Source of the DNA: Clostridia bacterium
GTDB lineage: Bacteria > Bacillota > Clostridia > RGIG6154
NCBI GenBank assembly: GCA_045589295.1
Contig: JAZNOU010000005.1
Span: forward strand, 32,001 to 96,000
DNA: 64,000 bases
Direction: 5' to 3'
In this document: piece after piece, positions 8,487 through 18,681 of the stretch
Layout of the letters: the number at the start of each line of letters is the position of its first letter
How positions within the stretch are numbered: the stretch's first letter is position 1
The notes under the pieces: model-generated
Databases searched by the model: none
Told to the model about the DNA's origin: nothing
Seen by the model: the letters and a program-made list of their open reading frames with translations, nothing else
Program-made: the position numbers and the translations under genes

Positions 8487-8807
8487 ATGAACGGCGAATA
8501 TGAACAGCATATTGTCAAAGAACTTTGCCCTACCGTTGGCACTGTAGAAGTTGACGTTGGCGTTCCTGTATGTGTAAAAGCATTTGCTCATGTTGGGAAA
8601 GTTAAAACAGAATGTATTGGGAAAGCAGAAATTATCCCTGGAAGCGACTGTTGCAAAGGCAAACCAGACAATGTATGTAAATTTGTGATTAGTCAGAAAA
8701 TCAAAGTTGAAATTCCAGTAATGTTCGGTGCAAAAACCGAAGTTGGCGAACCTTCAGTTGACTGCGGATGCCCAAAAGGCGAAATTTGTTGCACAATTGA
8801 GAAATAA
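8487..8807 (+). CDS. small Cys-rich hypothetical protein, probable spore coat/exosporium component
   Basis: 10 Cys in 106 aa, alternating Val beta pattern, AAGGAG RBS, sigma-K-like promoter. Confidence 0.7.
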   Translation: MNGEYEQHIVKELCPTVGTVEVDVGVPVCVKAFAHVGKVKTECIGKAEIIPGSDCCKGKPDNVCKFVISQKIKVEIPVMFGAKTEVGEPSVDCGCPKGEICCTIEK

Positions 8808-8829
8808 ACTTATTGCCTGTTATGAAAAA

Positions 8830-8860
8830 ATCCCCGTTAGTGAAATTCACTAACGGGGAT
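8830..8860. terminator. hairpin between convergent genes
   Basis: ATCCCCGTTAGTGAA-A-TTCACTAACGGGGAT. Confidence 0.75.
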
Positions 8861-8864
8861 AAAA

Positions 8865-9176
8865 TTATAATCCAAGCATACTTTCTACTTTTGACATTGA
8901 AACAAGCCCTAATGAAGTTTCAATAGGTGCTCCATCTTTAAACGAAATCAGTGTTGGTATACTCATTACCTGAAATTTCTGTGCAAGTGCAGGGGTTTCA
9001 TCTACATTTATTTTGCAGATTTTTGCATCTTCATGTGCACTTGCCACTCTCTCTAAAATAGGTGCAAGCATTTTACAAGGACCACACCAATCCGCATAAA
9101 AATCGACTAATACAGTTCCTTTCGCATTTAAAACTTCAGTTTCAAAATTAGATTCATTTACTTTAACAATTGACAT
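8865..9176 (-). CDS. trxA: thioredoxin
   Basis: VDFYADWCGPCK, SIPTL; AGGAG RBS supports the MSIVKV start. Confidence 0.95.
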   Translation of the reverse strand: MSIVKVNESNFETEVLNAKGTVLVDFYADWCGPCKMLAPILERVASAHEDAKICKINVDETPALAQKFQVMSIPTLISFKDGAPIETSLGLVSMSKVESMLGL

Positions 9177-9210
9177 AACAAATCTCTCCTTTAAACTATA
9201 ATATGTTAAT

Positions 9211-9414
9211 TTATCCGATAAATTCAAATCTTTTAACAGTTTTTCCGTTAACTATAATTATATCGTCCCACATACCAAGAGGTCTTACCCAGATTTCGCC
9301 ATTTCCATATAAAGCTTTATATATAACCATCTCTTCTAAAGTTTCACTGTGTCTGCCGACACCAATTAGCTCATATTCATTACCTTTATAGTGGCGATAT
9401 CTCCCCAGTTTCAT
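9211..9414 (-). CDS. DUF1653 domain protein
   Basis: YRHYKGNEY...HSETLEEMVIYKALYG...WVRP..MW. Confidence 0.9.
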   Translation of the reverse strand: MKLGRYRHYKGNEYELIGVGRHSETLEEMVIYKALYGNGEIWVRPLGMWDDIIIVNGKTVKRFEFIG

Positions 9415-9480
9415 ATTTGCCTCCTTAACATATTTTCATCTTCAGTATAGCATTATTATAAGAATATTTCAATATGAAAT

Positions 9481-9834
9481 TTATTTTTCTGATGATTTAG
9501 AAAAAAGTGCCGCCAGATAACCAAACAGTATTGCAGCCGTAATTCCTCCCGCTGATGCTGTAAGTCCCCCCGTAAAAATTCCTGCAAAACCATCTTTTAA
9601 AACCGCCTCTTTTGCACCTTTTGACAAAAGATAACCAAAACCTGTGAGCGGCACCGTTGCACCTGCCCCCGCAAAATCAACTATTTTCTCATAAATTCCA
9701 AGTGTGCCAAGCACTGCGCCTGCAACTACATATATAACCAATATTCTTGCAGGTGTAAGCTTTGTTTTATCAATTAAAATCTGTCCTATCACACAAATTA
9801 TTCCACCTACAACAAATGCCTTAATATAATCCAT
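9481..9834 (-). CDS. spoVAE: stage V sporulation protein AE
   Basis: AFVVGGIICVIGQILIDKTKLTPARIL, GAGATVPLTGFG. Confidence 0.93.
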   Translation of the reverse strand: MDYIKAFVVGGIICVIGQILIDKTKLTPARILVIYVVAGAVLGTLGIYEKIVDFAGAGATVPLTGFGYLLSKGAKEAVLKDGFAGIFTGGLTASAGGITAAILFGYLAALFSKSSEK

Positions 9835-9836
9835 TT

Positions 9837-10844
9837 TTACACCCTTTCTATTGCCACTGCGTGTGCAACGCCAGGAATGCTTTGCCCTTGAAATGAGCTT
9901 GTTGTGCTCATTAAAGCACCTGTTGCAACAAGTAGCACTCTGTTTATTTTACCTGTTTTCAAAAGACTATATATATGTCCTGCAAAAACACTGGCGCAAC
10001 ATCCGCAACCCGAACCACCCGCATGAACATCTTGTGTTATTCTGTCATATATCTCCATTCCGCAGTCGATATATTTTTCTTTTAAATCAAGCCCAATATT
10101 TTCAAGTTGTTCTTTTACTATTGCGTGTCCAAGTTCGCCCAGGTCTCCTGTAGCTATCATATCATAATAGTCATTGCTGATATTTCTGTCTTCAAAATGC
10201 GTTGAGATTGTGTCAATCGCAGATGGTGCCATAGCTGCACCCATATTATTTGCATCTTTTATTCCCATATCTACAATTTTACCCGGAGTTATGTGGGTTA
10301 TTGCTATATCACCATCATCTGAAGACACCAACGCTGCTCCTGAACCTGTTACTGTCCATTGTGAAGTTGGAGTTCTTTGACCGCCATATTCAAGAGGGAA
10401 ACGGAACTGCCTTTCGCTTGAGCAAAAATGACTTGAAGTAACCGCTATTGTGTTTTGTGAATATCCGCCATCAACTGTCATAGCTGCAATACAAAGACTT
10501 TCTGCCATTGTAGAACACGCACCGTACAAACCTAAAAAAGGAATATTAAAATCCGCTATCCCAAAACTTGTACCCATACATTGATTTAAAAGGTCTCCTC
10601 CGCAGATTAAATCCATTTCTTCTTTTGTTTTTCCTGATTTTTTAAGCAGAATTTCAACTGCTTTTTTCTGCATTTTGCTTTCTGCTTTTTCCCAGGAGCT
10701 TTCACCAAATCTACCATCGTCTATAACATAATCAAAGCTATCTTTATAATTCCCATCCTGCTCTTTTTGTCCTACAACAGAAGCAGTTTGAATTATTTTC
10801 GGCAAATTATTTAACTTTATTGTTTGTTTTCCGATTCTGTTCAT
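9837..10844 (-). CDS. spoVAD: stage V sporulation protein AD
   Basis: GDLLNQ, GACSTMAE, ERQFRFPLEYGGQ, GAAMAP, GGSGCGC. Confidence 0.96.
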   Translation of the reverse strand: MNRIGKQTIKLNNLPKIIQTASVVGQKEQDGNYKDSFDYVIDDGRFGESSWEKAESKMQKKAVEILLKKSGKTKEEMDLICGGDLLNQCMGTSFGIADFNIPFLGLYGACSTMAESLCIAAMTVDGGYSQNTIAVTSSHFCSSERQFRFPLEYGGQRTPTSQWTVTGSGAALVSSDDGDIAITHITPGKIVDMGIKDANNMGAAMAPSAIDTISTHFEDRNISNDYYDMIATGDLGELGHAIVKEQLENIGLDLKEKYIDCGMEIYDRITQDVHAGGSGCGCCASVFAGHIYSLLKTGKINRVLLVATGALMSTTSSFQGQSIPGVAHAVAIERV

Positions 10845-10854
10845 AAAACTCTCC

Positions 10855-11292
10855 TTACAAAAACAAATAATATACTATCCCTGAAGCCACCGATGCAATA
10901 ACGCCATATGTTATAACAGGCCCTGCTATTTTAAATATATTTGCTGCAAGTCCCATTACAAAGCCCTCGTTTTTAAACTCCATTGCAGGTGAAACAACTG
11001 CATTTGCAAATCCCGTTATAGGCACCAAAGTTCCGGCCCCAGCATGTTTTGCAATGTTATCATAAACATTAAGCCCTGTTAAAAGTGCGCTTATAAAAAT
11101 TAAAGTTATGCTTGACAAAGTTCCTGCTATTTCTTTGTCAAAATTTAAATTCATATACATTTGTAAAAAAAATTGTCCTATTGTGCAAATTAACCCGCCT
11201 ACCCAGAAAGCATTAAACATATCAAGCCATAGTTTTGATTTTTTTGCTTTGTTTTCTGCATACTTTTTATATTGCTTTTTTGTCATTTCCAT
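10855..11292 (-). CDS. spoVAC: stage V sporulation protein AC
   Basis: AFWVGGLIC.IGQ, AGAGTLVPITGFAN, FKIAGPVI. Confidence 0.95.
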   Translation of the reverse strand: MEMTKKQYKKYAENKAKKSKLWLDMFNAFWVGGLICTIGQFFLQMYMNLNFDKEIAGTLSSITLIFISALLTGLNVYDNIAKHAGAGTLVPITGFANAVVSPAMEFKNEGFVMGLAANIFKIAGPVITYGVIASVASGIVYYLFL

Positions 11293-11348
11293 AAAAAAAC
11301 ATCCTTTATATTTTTTATAATATTATTTCTGTTTTTTCAGAAAATATT

Positions 11349-11375
11349 AAAAACCGAAGCAAAGCTTCGGTTTTT
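11349..11375. terminator. intrinsic terminator
   Basis: AAAAACCGAAGC-AAA-GCTTCGGTTTTT. Confidence 0.8.
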
Positions 11376-11378
11376 GAT

Positions 11379-11978
11379 TTATAATTTTTCAAAATCACTT
11401 GCACCATGTTTGCAAATTGGACAAATAAAATCGTCAGGCAGCGGCTCTCCCTCATACACATAACCGCATATTTTGCAAACATAACCTTTTTTCGCCTTGT
11501 TTTCAGGCTTTGGTTTTACATTTTTATGATAGTATGAATATGTCATGGTAGGCAAATCGTACATAGTCCTTGCATCATCTACAGTACAAATAAACATACC
11601 ATGTGTTGAAACGTCAACATACTGTTCAACATTTAAACAAAGAAATGAGTTAATATAATCAGTAAGCACTAAGAGACCATTTTCTGATTTAAAAGTATCA
11701 ACATTTTTAAACTTATCTTCCGTTTTTCCGCTCTTAAAACCAAAATTTTGAAATAACGAAAATGGTGCCTGTTCAGTAAGTATATTAATATTCATCTTAC
11801 CTGACTTCTTAACAATTTCATGAGTGTAATTTTGCTTATTTATGCAAACTGCAACTCTTGCAGGACTGTCAGTAATCTGCATAACGGTGTTTACAATTGC
11901 CCCGTTATCCTTAACCCCATCATTGGAAGTAACAACATAAAGTCCATATCCTAAATTGAATAATGCTTTTAAATCCAT
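11379..11978 (-). CDS. flavin reductase with C-terminal rubredoxin-like domain (Hrb-like)
   Basis: YGLYVVT, NTVMQIT, FGFKSG, THGMFI, then CKICGY...CPICKH. Confidence 0.88.
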   Translation of the reverse strand: MDLKALFNLGYGLYVVTSNDGVKDNGAIVNTVMQITDSPARVAVCINKQNYTHEIVKKSGKMNINILTEQAPFSLFQNFGFKSGKTEDKFKNVDTFKSENGLLVLTDYINSFLCLNVEQYVDVSTHGMFICTVDDARTMYDLPTMTYSYYHKNVKPKPENKAKKGYVCKICGYVYEGEPLPDDFICPICKHGASDFEKL

Positions 11979-12069
11979 AAATCAAATCTCCTTTTAATAA
12001 AAAAGTGATATATAGTACATTAAAACGTGTTAAACAAATAATATCATATTTGTCAGGTATTTACAAGCC

Positions 12070-13653
12070 TTAATTTGGTTTTTGATTTCTTTTGATTTTA
12101 AATGTTGAAGTCCTTTCTAATGGCTTATCAGAAACAATAACTTCCCTAATTTGCTTATAGGAAATGAGTTTTAAATTCAAATCCTCTATAGCATCATCAA
12201 CAAGTTTTTTTATTTCTGCATCATTTTTATCAGAAAGTTTCTCTTTGTCGCATACTATGTATGCACATATTACATCTTTATCATCTTCGGTTTTTCCATA
12301 AACCATACACTCTTTAATAAAATCATATTTATAAATATGCTCTTCTATTTCTTCAGGAAATACATTTTTACCATTTTTAAGAGCAATCATATTTTTCTTT
12401 CTGCCAGTTATCCAGATAAACCCATCTTTGTCAATGCGTCCTAAATCGCCCGTATGGAAATACCCATTTCTTAAAACTTCTTCGGTCAGCTCTTTATTTT
12501 CATAATAACCAAGCATTATATTATCACCTTTTGCGATAATTTCACCAATCCCCTCTCTGTCAGGATTGTCGATTTTCATATCAATCCCCGGCATTGCTTT
12601 TCCAACCGAGCCATATCTAATATGTTCAGGGGTTTCTGCACATAAAACGGGTGAAGTTTCTGTTAGCCCATAACCCTGAACAGTTAAGAATCCTATATCA
12701 TTAAACCATTTCTCAACCTCGGGATTAAGAGCTGCTCCGCCCATTATAATAAATCTTAATGACTGACCAATTTGCTTTGTAATTTTGCCAAAGAAGACTT
12801 TTCTTAAATCAATTTTTACTTTAAGAAGCGCTCTGCTAACCTTGATAAGTGCAGCTATAAGCTTATCCTTACCCATATCCTTTATTTTTCTGTTTGCAGT
12901 CTTATAAATAGCATCTGCAATCAAAGGAACACCAACTAAAACAGTAGCCTTATGTTCATCAATAGATTTTGTAATTTTAAGCCCGTCACAAAACACATTA
13001 TTAATACCAATACTTAAAAACAACAACAACCCTACCATTCCAAAAGTGTGATGAAGAGGAAGAATAACCAAACTTACGTCATCATCTTCAAAACGCTCGT
13101 GAAGAGATAAAGCATATATGTTTGATGCAATATTGTACTGAGATAACATAACAGCTTTTGAATTTTCTGTTGTTCCCGATGTAAAAAGCAACATACTCAT
13201 TTTATTGTTATCAATTTCATATCTTTCATTTTCACTTTTTGGGATTGTTTTTGCCTCAAGCAAAAGTTCGTTCGAGGCATTCTCGATTTTTATGTCAATA
13301 TCAGGCAAATTCATTTTTCCTGCTACAAACAATACATCTGCTTTACTCCTTGCAATCTGGCTTTGAATTTCGTAATCTTTAAGACCTTTGTCAAGTGGGA
13401 TTAAAACACTGCCGGTATACATTGTAGACAAATGCACTATCATCCATTCATAACAGTTTTTTCCGATTAAAGCTATTCTTTTCCCAACGTAACCGCGTTG
13501 TGAAAACAATCTTGAAACAGCTTTAACATCATCTAACAAATCAGCATATGTAACATTTCTTTCCTTTAAAGAAAACGCATTTTTTTTGCCAAACTTTTCC
13601 GCACTCATTTCAATCATTTCAGCTAAATTATTATAGCGAATAAATTTTTCCAT
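12070..13653 (-). CDS. long-chain acyl-CoA synthetase (AMP-binding enzyme)
   Basis: FTSGTT, LPLHH, QGYGLTETSP, FHTGDLG, GRKKN..LKNGKNVFPEEIE. Confidence 0.9.
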   Translation of the reverse strand: MEKFIRYNNLAEMIEMSAEKFGKKNAFSLKERNVTYADLLDDVKAVSRLFSQRGYVGKRIALIGKNCYEWMIVHLSTMYTGSVLIPLDKGLKDYEIQSQIARSKADVLFVAGKMNLPDIDIKIENASNELLLEAKTIPKSENERYEIDNNKMSMLLFTSGTTENSKAVMLSQYNIASNIYALSLHERFEDDDVSLVILPLHHTFGMVGLLLFLSIGINNVFCDGLKITKSIDEHKATVLVGVPLIADAIYKTANRKIKDMGKDKLIAALIKVSRALLKVKIDLRKVFFGKITKQIGQSLRFIIMGGAALNPEVEKWFNDIGFLTVQGYGLTETSPVLCAETPEHIRYGSVGKAMPGIDMKIDNPDREGIGEIIAKGDNIMLGYYENKELTEEVLRNGYFHTGDLGRIDKDGFIWITGRKKNMIALKNGKNVFPEEIEEHIYKYDFIKECMVYGKTEDDKDVICAYIVCDKEKLSDKNDAEIKKLVDDAIEDLNLKLISYKQIREVIVSDKPLERTSTFKIKRNQKPN

Positions 13654-13669
13654 ATTACACCTCTTAATT

Positions 13670-13688
13670 TAGATAACTTTGTTATCTA
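13670..13688. promoter_or_regulatory. perfect palindrome between the acyl-CoA ligase promoter and RBS; candidate operator
   Basis: TAGATAAC-TTT-GTTATCTA; promoter TTGACA (13729-13724), N17, TAATAT (13706-13701) on minus. Confidence 0.6.
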
Positions 13689-13781
13689 GTATTTAATACT
13701 ATATTATCACGTTTATTATATTTTGTCAAGCACTTGATTATTCATTTAATATGTGTTATTATATCCAAGAGGTGTATATAT

Positions 13782-14342
13782 ATGAAATACAATAAGGAAA
13801 ATTTTAAAAGTACTTTTTTATATTGGAACGAAAGAATTTCTGCCTTTAAGCTTCCCGATTGGGACGAACTTCCTGTTTTTGAACTTTACATGGATCAAGT
13901 GGTTAAGCTATTAAATGGTTATCTTGACATATATGCCGAGGCAAGCACCGATAAAAAAGGTATTACACAGTCTATGATCAACAACTACGTAAAGCTTAAA
14001 ATTATTCCTTGCCCCCAAAAAAAGAAATACTCAAGAATACACCTTGCTTACCTAATTATAGTTTGTGTTTTAAAACAAACTTTAAGTATTTCAACCATAC
14101 AAAATATCATTCCTTTGGGAATTTCAGAAAATGATGTCAAAAAGATTTATACATCTTTTGTATCAAACCAAAGAAAGTCGTATCAATATATATCTCAAAA
14201 CATATCAAATGTTGCAAATTCACTTATTGAAAACGAAGGTGACAATCCCGAAAGGCTTAATGACCTTGTTATTCAAATGGCAAGCTCTGCAAACATTTTC
14301 AAAATGATGAGCGATATTTTTTGTAACACTGATGAAAACTAA
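13782..14342 (+). CDS. DUF1836 domain protein, putative transcriptional regulator
   Basis: LP.WDELP..ELYMDQV, T.SMINNYVK, PQKKKYSR.HLAYL; GAGGTG RBS before MKYNK. Confidence 0.88.
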   Translation: MKYNKENFKSTFLYWNERISAFKLPDWDELPVFELYMDQVVKLLNGYLDIYAEASTDKKGITQSMINNYVKLKIIPCPQKKKYSRIHLAYLIIVCVLKQTLSISTIQNIIPLGISENDVKKIYTSFVSNQRKSYQYISQNISNVANSLIENEGDNPERLNDLVIQMASSANIFKMMSDIFCNTDEN

Positions 14343-14372
14343 AAAAAGCACTCTAATAAGAGTGCTTTTTTT
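14341..14372. terminator. bidirectional terminator
   Basis: AAAAAAAGCACTCT-AATA-AGAGTGCTTTTTTT. Confidence 0.85.
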
Positions 14373-14379
14373 ATACCTT

Positions 14380-15570
14380 TTAGTCTGTTAAATTGTCAAA
14401 ATAACCCTGAACTAAAATTACAGGTGTACCTTTATCGCCTGAGCCACTTGTCAAGTCACAAAGTGAACCAATTAAGTCGGTAAGTCTTCTTGGAGTTGTT
14501 CCCTGAGATGCCATGTTTCCAACCAAGTCATCATCTTTTTTCTTAATAGCAGTTTCAATTGCTTTTTTAAGTTCCTCACCTTTAAGGTCAGCAAAATCAT
14601 TATCTGCAAGATATTTTAATTTAAGTTCATTAGGTGTTCCCTCTAAGCCTTTTGTGTATGCAGGTGATACAATTGGGTCAGCAAGTTCCCATATTTTTCC
14701 TAATGGGTCTTTAAATGCACCATCACCATACACCATAACCTCAACATGCTTTTTAGAACGTTCTAAAAACATTTTCTGAATATTTTCAACCAAATCGAAA
14801 CAATCCTGAGGGAAAAGCTTAACTGTATCTTCAGTAGATTTATTTGAACCCAAAAGTCCATATTTTTCATTAAACCCACTACCATTTACAGACTTATTTA
14901 AAATTTCGTCCAAACCAACAACACATTTAGCACCTGCGTCTCTTAAAATACGCTTTGTTCTTACTCTGCTGTGAATATCACAGTTTAAAACGCAATCTGC
15001 ATATTTCAAAATAACGCGAGGGTCGTTTGCTAAAATAATTTCTGCCTCTGCACCACATGAACGAATTAAATCACCATAATATTTAATATAGTCAACACCT
15101 GTGAAAGGGTGTGGATTTTCACCAAAAAGTTCACGATATTTTTCTTCGCTTAACACATCGGAATAAGGATTTATTCCTGCTTCATCAAGCTGGTCTAAAG
15201 AAACCAAAGCGTTTCCAACTTCATCACTTGGATAGTTTAACATTAAAACAATTTTCTTTGCACCTTTTGCTATGCCACGTAAACAAATTGCAAAACGATT
15301 ACGGCTTAAAATTGGAAAAATTACACCAACTGTTCCACCGCCAAGTTTATTCTTAACATCTTCTGCGATGGCATCAACAGAAGCGTAGTTTCCCTGAGCA
15401 CGTGCTACAACAGACTCTGTAACCGCAACAACATCACGATCTCTTAATTCAAAGCCTTCAGCTTCTGCAGCCTCAATAACACTATCAACAACGATTTTAG
15501 CAATATCGTCACCTTCACGAATAATAGGACAACGGATACCTCTTGAAACAGTACCTGTTCTTCTTTCCAT
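14380..15570 (-). CDS. CofE-like (F420-0:gamma-glutamyl ligase family) protein
   Basis: [51 protein letters not shown]; GGAGGAG RBS. Confidence 0.8.
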   Translation of the reverse strand: MERRTGTVSRGIRCPIIREGDDIAKIVVDSVIEAAEAEGFELRDRDVVAVTESVVARAQGNYASVDAIAEDVKNKLGGGTVGVIFPILSRNRFAICLRGIAKGAKKIVLMLNYPSDEVGNALVSLDQLDEAGINPYSDVLSEEKYRELFGENPHPFTGVDYIKYYGDLIRSCGAEAEIILANDPRVILKYADCVLNCDIHSRVRTKRILRDAGAKCVVGLDEILNKSVNGSGFNEKYGLLGSNKSTEDTVKLFPQDCFDLVENIQKMFLERSKKHVEVMVYGDGAFKDPLGKIWELADPIVSPAYTKGLEGTPNELKLKYLADNDFADLKGEELKKAIETAIKKKDDDLVGNMASQGTTPRRLTDLIGSLCDLTSGSGDKGTPVILVQGYFDNLTD

Positions 15571-15660
15571 AAATATCTCCTCCATATTCTTGACATTCAT
15601 CACAACTCCTATTATAATACAATTATAAATATTAGTAAAGCAAATAATACTTACAACTGT

Positions 15661-15677
15661 TATAAGGAGTGCTTATA
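15661..15677. promoter_or_regulatory. LysR-type T-N11-A dyad overlapping the regulator's RBS
   Basis: TATAAG-GAGTG-CTTATA. Confidence 0.55.
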
Positions 15678-16564
15678 TGAAAACTAAACTTGATTACTAT
15701 AGAATTTTTTACGAGACCGCCCGTCATTCATCTTTTTCAAAAGCGGCTCAGCAGCTATACATCTCACAGTCTGCAATATCCCAATGCATAAGGCAACTCG
15801 AGCAGGATTTAAGTGCTCAGCTTTTCACACGCTCCAAACGCGGTGTAACCCTTACAAAAGAAGGTGAAATTCTGTTTCAAAAAATAGAAAGCGCAATTTC
15901 ATCAATAGAACAGGGCGAACTTTTACTTGAACGATTGCATCATTTAGAGGGCGGTTCTTTAATAATTGCAGCAGGTGACAGTATAACAAGTCACTTCTTG
16001 CTTCCGTATCTTGAAAAATTTCACGAAACACACCCTAACATTCGTATAGAAATGGCAAACTCTTATTCTCACCACATGTTAGAGCTTGTAAAAAGCGGCA
16101 AAGCTGAACTTGCATTTGTTAATCTTCCCGCACAAGATAGTGAGCTTTGTATAAACTCTTGCTTTGATATACATGATGTATTTGTATGCGGTCCTGAATA
16201 TAATCAAAAGCAATCATATTCATGGAAAGAAATTTCACAAGAACCTCTGATTTTACTTGAAAACAACTCATCATCAAGACTTTATTTAAACAAAACTTTT
16301 GGCAAAAAAAACATAGAATTAAAGCCCCAAATTGAAATTGCGGCACACGACTTACTTATACGTTTTGCATCAATTCACCTCGGGGTTTCGTGCGTTGTTA
16401 AAGAATTTTCAAAAGAAAGCCTAAATGTCGGCAAGATATGTGAAATGAACATCTTTCCGCCGATTCCATCTCGAAGCATAGGTTATGCCTACTTAAAAGG
16501 AACTCCGCTTTCGCCTGCGGCACAAGAATTTTTAAGTCTTATTCAAAACAAAAATTTATCCTAA
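15677..16564 (+). CDS. LysR-family transcriptional regulator
   Basis: SFSKAAQQLYISQSAISQCIRQLE...LFTRSKRGVTLTKEG. Confidence 0.95.
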   Translation: MKTKLDYYRIFYETARHSSFSKAAQQLYISQSAISQCIRQLEQDLSAQLFTRSKRGVTLTKEGEILFQKIESAISSIEQGELLLERLHHLEGGSLIIAAGDSITSHFLLPYLEKFHETHPNIRIEMANSYSHHMLELVKSGKAELAFVNLPAQDSELCINSCFDIHDVFVCGPEYNQKQSYSWKEISQEPLILLENNSSSRLYLNKTFGKKNIELKPQIEIAAHDLLIRFASIHLGVSCVVKEFSKESLNVGKICEMNIFPPIPSRSIGYAYLKGTPLSPAAQEFLSLIQNKNLS

Positions 16565-17308
16565 CAAAACATCGGTTGCAAGCATTATACAAAAACCAAT
16601 CAAAAGAGCATAAGTTGCACTTCTTTGACTTCCGTGCGCATGTGTTTCGGGAATCATTTCATCGCTTATAACATATAGCATTGTACCGCCCGCAAAAGCA
16701 AGTGCAAACGGTAAAATTGCTGTAGAAACGCTTACTGCAAAATAACCAATTAAAGTTCCTAAAACCTCAACAAGACCAGTAAGTATAGCACAAACAAAGG
16801 TTTTTTTAGGGGCTACACCCGCTGCAAGCATAGGGCCTATTATAACCATCCCCTCTGGAATATTCTGAAGTGCAATACCACCTGCAATAATAAGCGCCTG
16901 CGATATATCGCCTGAGCCAAATCCTACGCCTGCCGCAATTCCTTCGGGAAGATTATGTATGGCAATTGCCAAAACAAACAAAAGCACTTTGTTTAAATTT
17001 GCAGTGTTGTTTTCTTCTGCATCTGCTCCAACCATTCCATGAAGATGCGGAACAAGCTTATCAATAATATTTAAACATAAAGCTCCTGTAAATATCCCTG
17101 CAATTGTAATTATAACTCCATAATCTCCCCCGTACTCAACCGAAGGTATTACAAGGCCCAACACTGCTGCCGCAAGCATTACACCTGCTGCAAAAGATAA
17201 AATTATATCTGAAAACTTGTGCGATATTTTTTTAAATATAAAACCTATCAGCGCACCAATAATTGTTGCACTACCAACGCCGATTGCAGTAAGCAAAACT
17301 AATTTCAT
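16556..17308 (-). CDS. ZIP (ZupT/GufA) family metal transporter
   Basis: FAAGVML, IHNLPEG, QNIPEG, DEMIPETH. Confidence 0.92.
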   Translation of the reverse strand: MKLVLLTAIGVGSATIIGALIGFIFKKISHKFSDIILSFAAGVMLAAAVLGLVIPSVEYGGDYGVIITIAGIFTGALCLNIIDKLVPHLHGMVGADAEENNTANLNKVLLFVLAIAIHNLPEGIAAGVGFGSGDISQALIIAGGIALQNIPEGMVIIGPMLAAGVAPKKTFVCAILTGLVEVLGTLIGYFAVSVSTAILPFALAFAGGTMLYVISDEMIPETHAHGSQRSATYALLIGFCIMLATDVLLG

Positions 17309-17350
17309 TTCATTCTCCTCTTATGTATCCCGCTTATAAAGCGGATTTTT

Positions 17351-17512
17351 TTATTTTTCCTCTGAAAACATATCTTTTCCTACAGAGCACAAAGGGCATT
17401 CAAAATCATCAGGCAAATCTTCAAATTTTGTTCCTGGTTCAATACCTGCATCAGGTAATCCCTTTTCTTCATCATAAACCCAACCGCAAACATCGCATAC
17501 ATACTTTTTCAT
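17351..17512 (-). CDS. rubredoxin (53 aa; below the ORF-track length cutoff)
   Basis: manual translation [53 protein letters not shown]; GGAGG RBS. Confidence 0.96.
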   Translation of the reverse strand: MKKYVCDVCGWVYDEEKGLPDAGIEPGTKFEDLPDDFECPLCSVGKDMFSEEK

Positions 17513-17526
17513 TGTTTTTCCTCCCT

Positions 17527-18681
17527 TTATTTACAAAGCTCATCTGCAAGCAAATCAAGCTGCATTTCATTTTCTTTATCTACTGCAGACATAATTTTAA
17601 CTTCTGTTTCCAAAATATTCAAATTTTTACTTTTAGAAAGCATTTCTTTCATTACCTTTGTTGCTACAGGTGCCCAGCTGCCATTTTCAATAAATGCAAC
17701 CGTTCTGTTTTGGAAATTTCTTTCAGTTAAGTGATTTATAAACTCTTTCATAAACGGAAAAATATCCGCATTATAAGTGGTTGTTGCAAAAACAGTTTTA
17801 CCATACTTAAACGAGTCTTCCACCGCTTCTGCCATATCGCACCTTGCAAGGTCGTTTAGCACAACCTTAGGACATCCTCTATCTTCAAGTTTCTTTTTAA
17901 GTAGCTCTGCCGCCTTTTTTGTGTTGCCGTAAACTGATGTATAAGCAATAACAACTCCTTCTTTTTCAATCTCATAACTTGACCAAATATTGTAAAGGTT
18001 TAGGTAATACCCAAGATTTTCTCTTAAAACAGGACCATGTAACGGACAGATAATGTTTATATCAAGCTTTGTTGCTTTTTTCAGGAGTGCCTGCACCTGA
18101 GCGCCGTATTTCCCAACAATACCAATGTAATATCTTCTTGCTTCACACACCCAATCTTCTTCTATATCAAGTGCACCAAACTTACCAAACCCGTCGGCAG
18201 ATAACAACACTTTATCTGTTGAATCGTATGTTACAATTACCTCAGGCCAATGCACCATAGGCGCAGTAAAAAATGTAAGATTGTGTTTACCCAAGCTGAG
18301 GGTATCATTTTCACCCACAACGATTTGTCTTTCACTAAAATCTGTTCCAAAAAAGTTTTTCATCATTGAAAACGCCTTTGATGACGCAACAATCTTAGCA
18401 TTTGGATAATTGTTTGCAAAATCGTATATACAAGCAGAATGATCAGGCTCCATATGCTGAACAATCAGATATTCAGGCTCTTTTCCATCAAGTACAAGTT
18501 TTAAATTTTTAAGCCACTGGTCTTTAAAATTTGCATCAACCGTATCAAAAACCGTGCACTTTTCATCCAGAATAACATAAGAATTATATGACATTCCGTT
18601 AGGCACAATATATTGCCCTTCAAACAGGTCAATTTCGTGATCATTAACTCCTATATATTTTATATCCCTTGTTATGTTCAT
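17527..18681 (-). CDS. fprA: flavodiiron protein (type A flavoprotein, O2/NO reductase)
   Basis: HMEPDHS, HWPE, SADGFG, PLHG di-iron ligands; flavodoxin motif YTSVYGNT. Confidence 0.93.
   Translation of the reverse strand: MNITRDIKYIGVNDHEIDLFEGQYIVPNGMSYNSYVILDEKCTVFDTVDANFKDQWLKNLKLVLDGKEPEYLIVQHMEPDHSACIYDFANNYPNAKIVASSKAFSMMKNFFGTDFSERQIVVGENDTLSLGKHNLTFFTAPMVHWPEVIVTYDSTDKVLLSADGFGKFGALDIEEDWVCEARRYYIGIVGKYGAQVQALLKKATKLDINIICPLHGPVLRENLGYYLNLYNIWSSYEIEKEGVVIAYTSVYGNTKKAAELLKKKLEDRGCPKVVLNDLARCDMAEAVEDSFKYGKTVFATTTYNADIFPFMKEFINHLTERNFQNRTVAFIENGSWAPVATKVMKEMLSKSKNLNILETEVKIMSAVDKENEMQLDLLADELCK

Noticed and set aside
17323-17730. 135-aa plus-strand ORF
   Set aside because: Shadow of rubredoxin and the fprA 3' end
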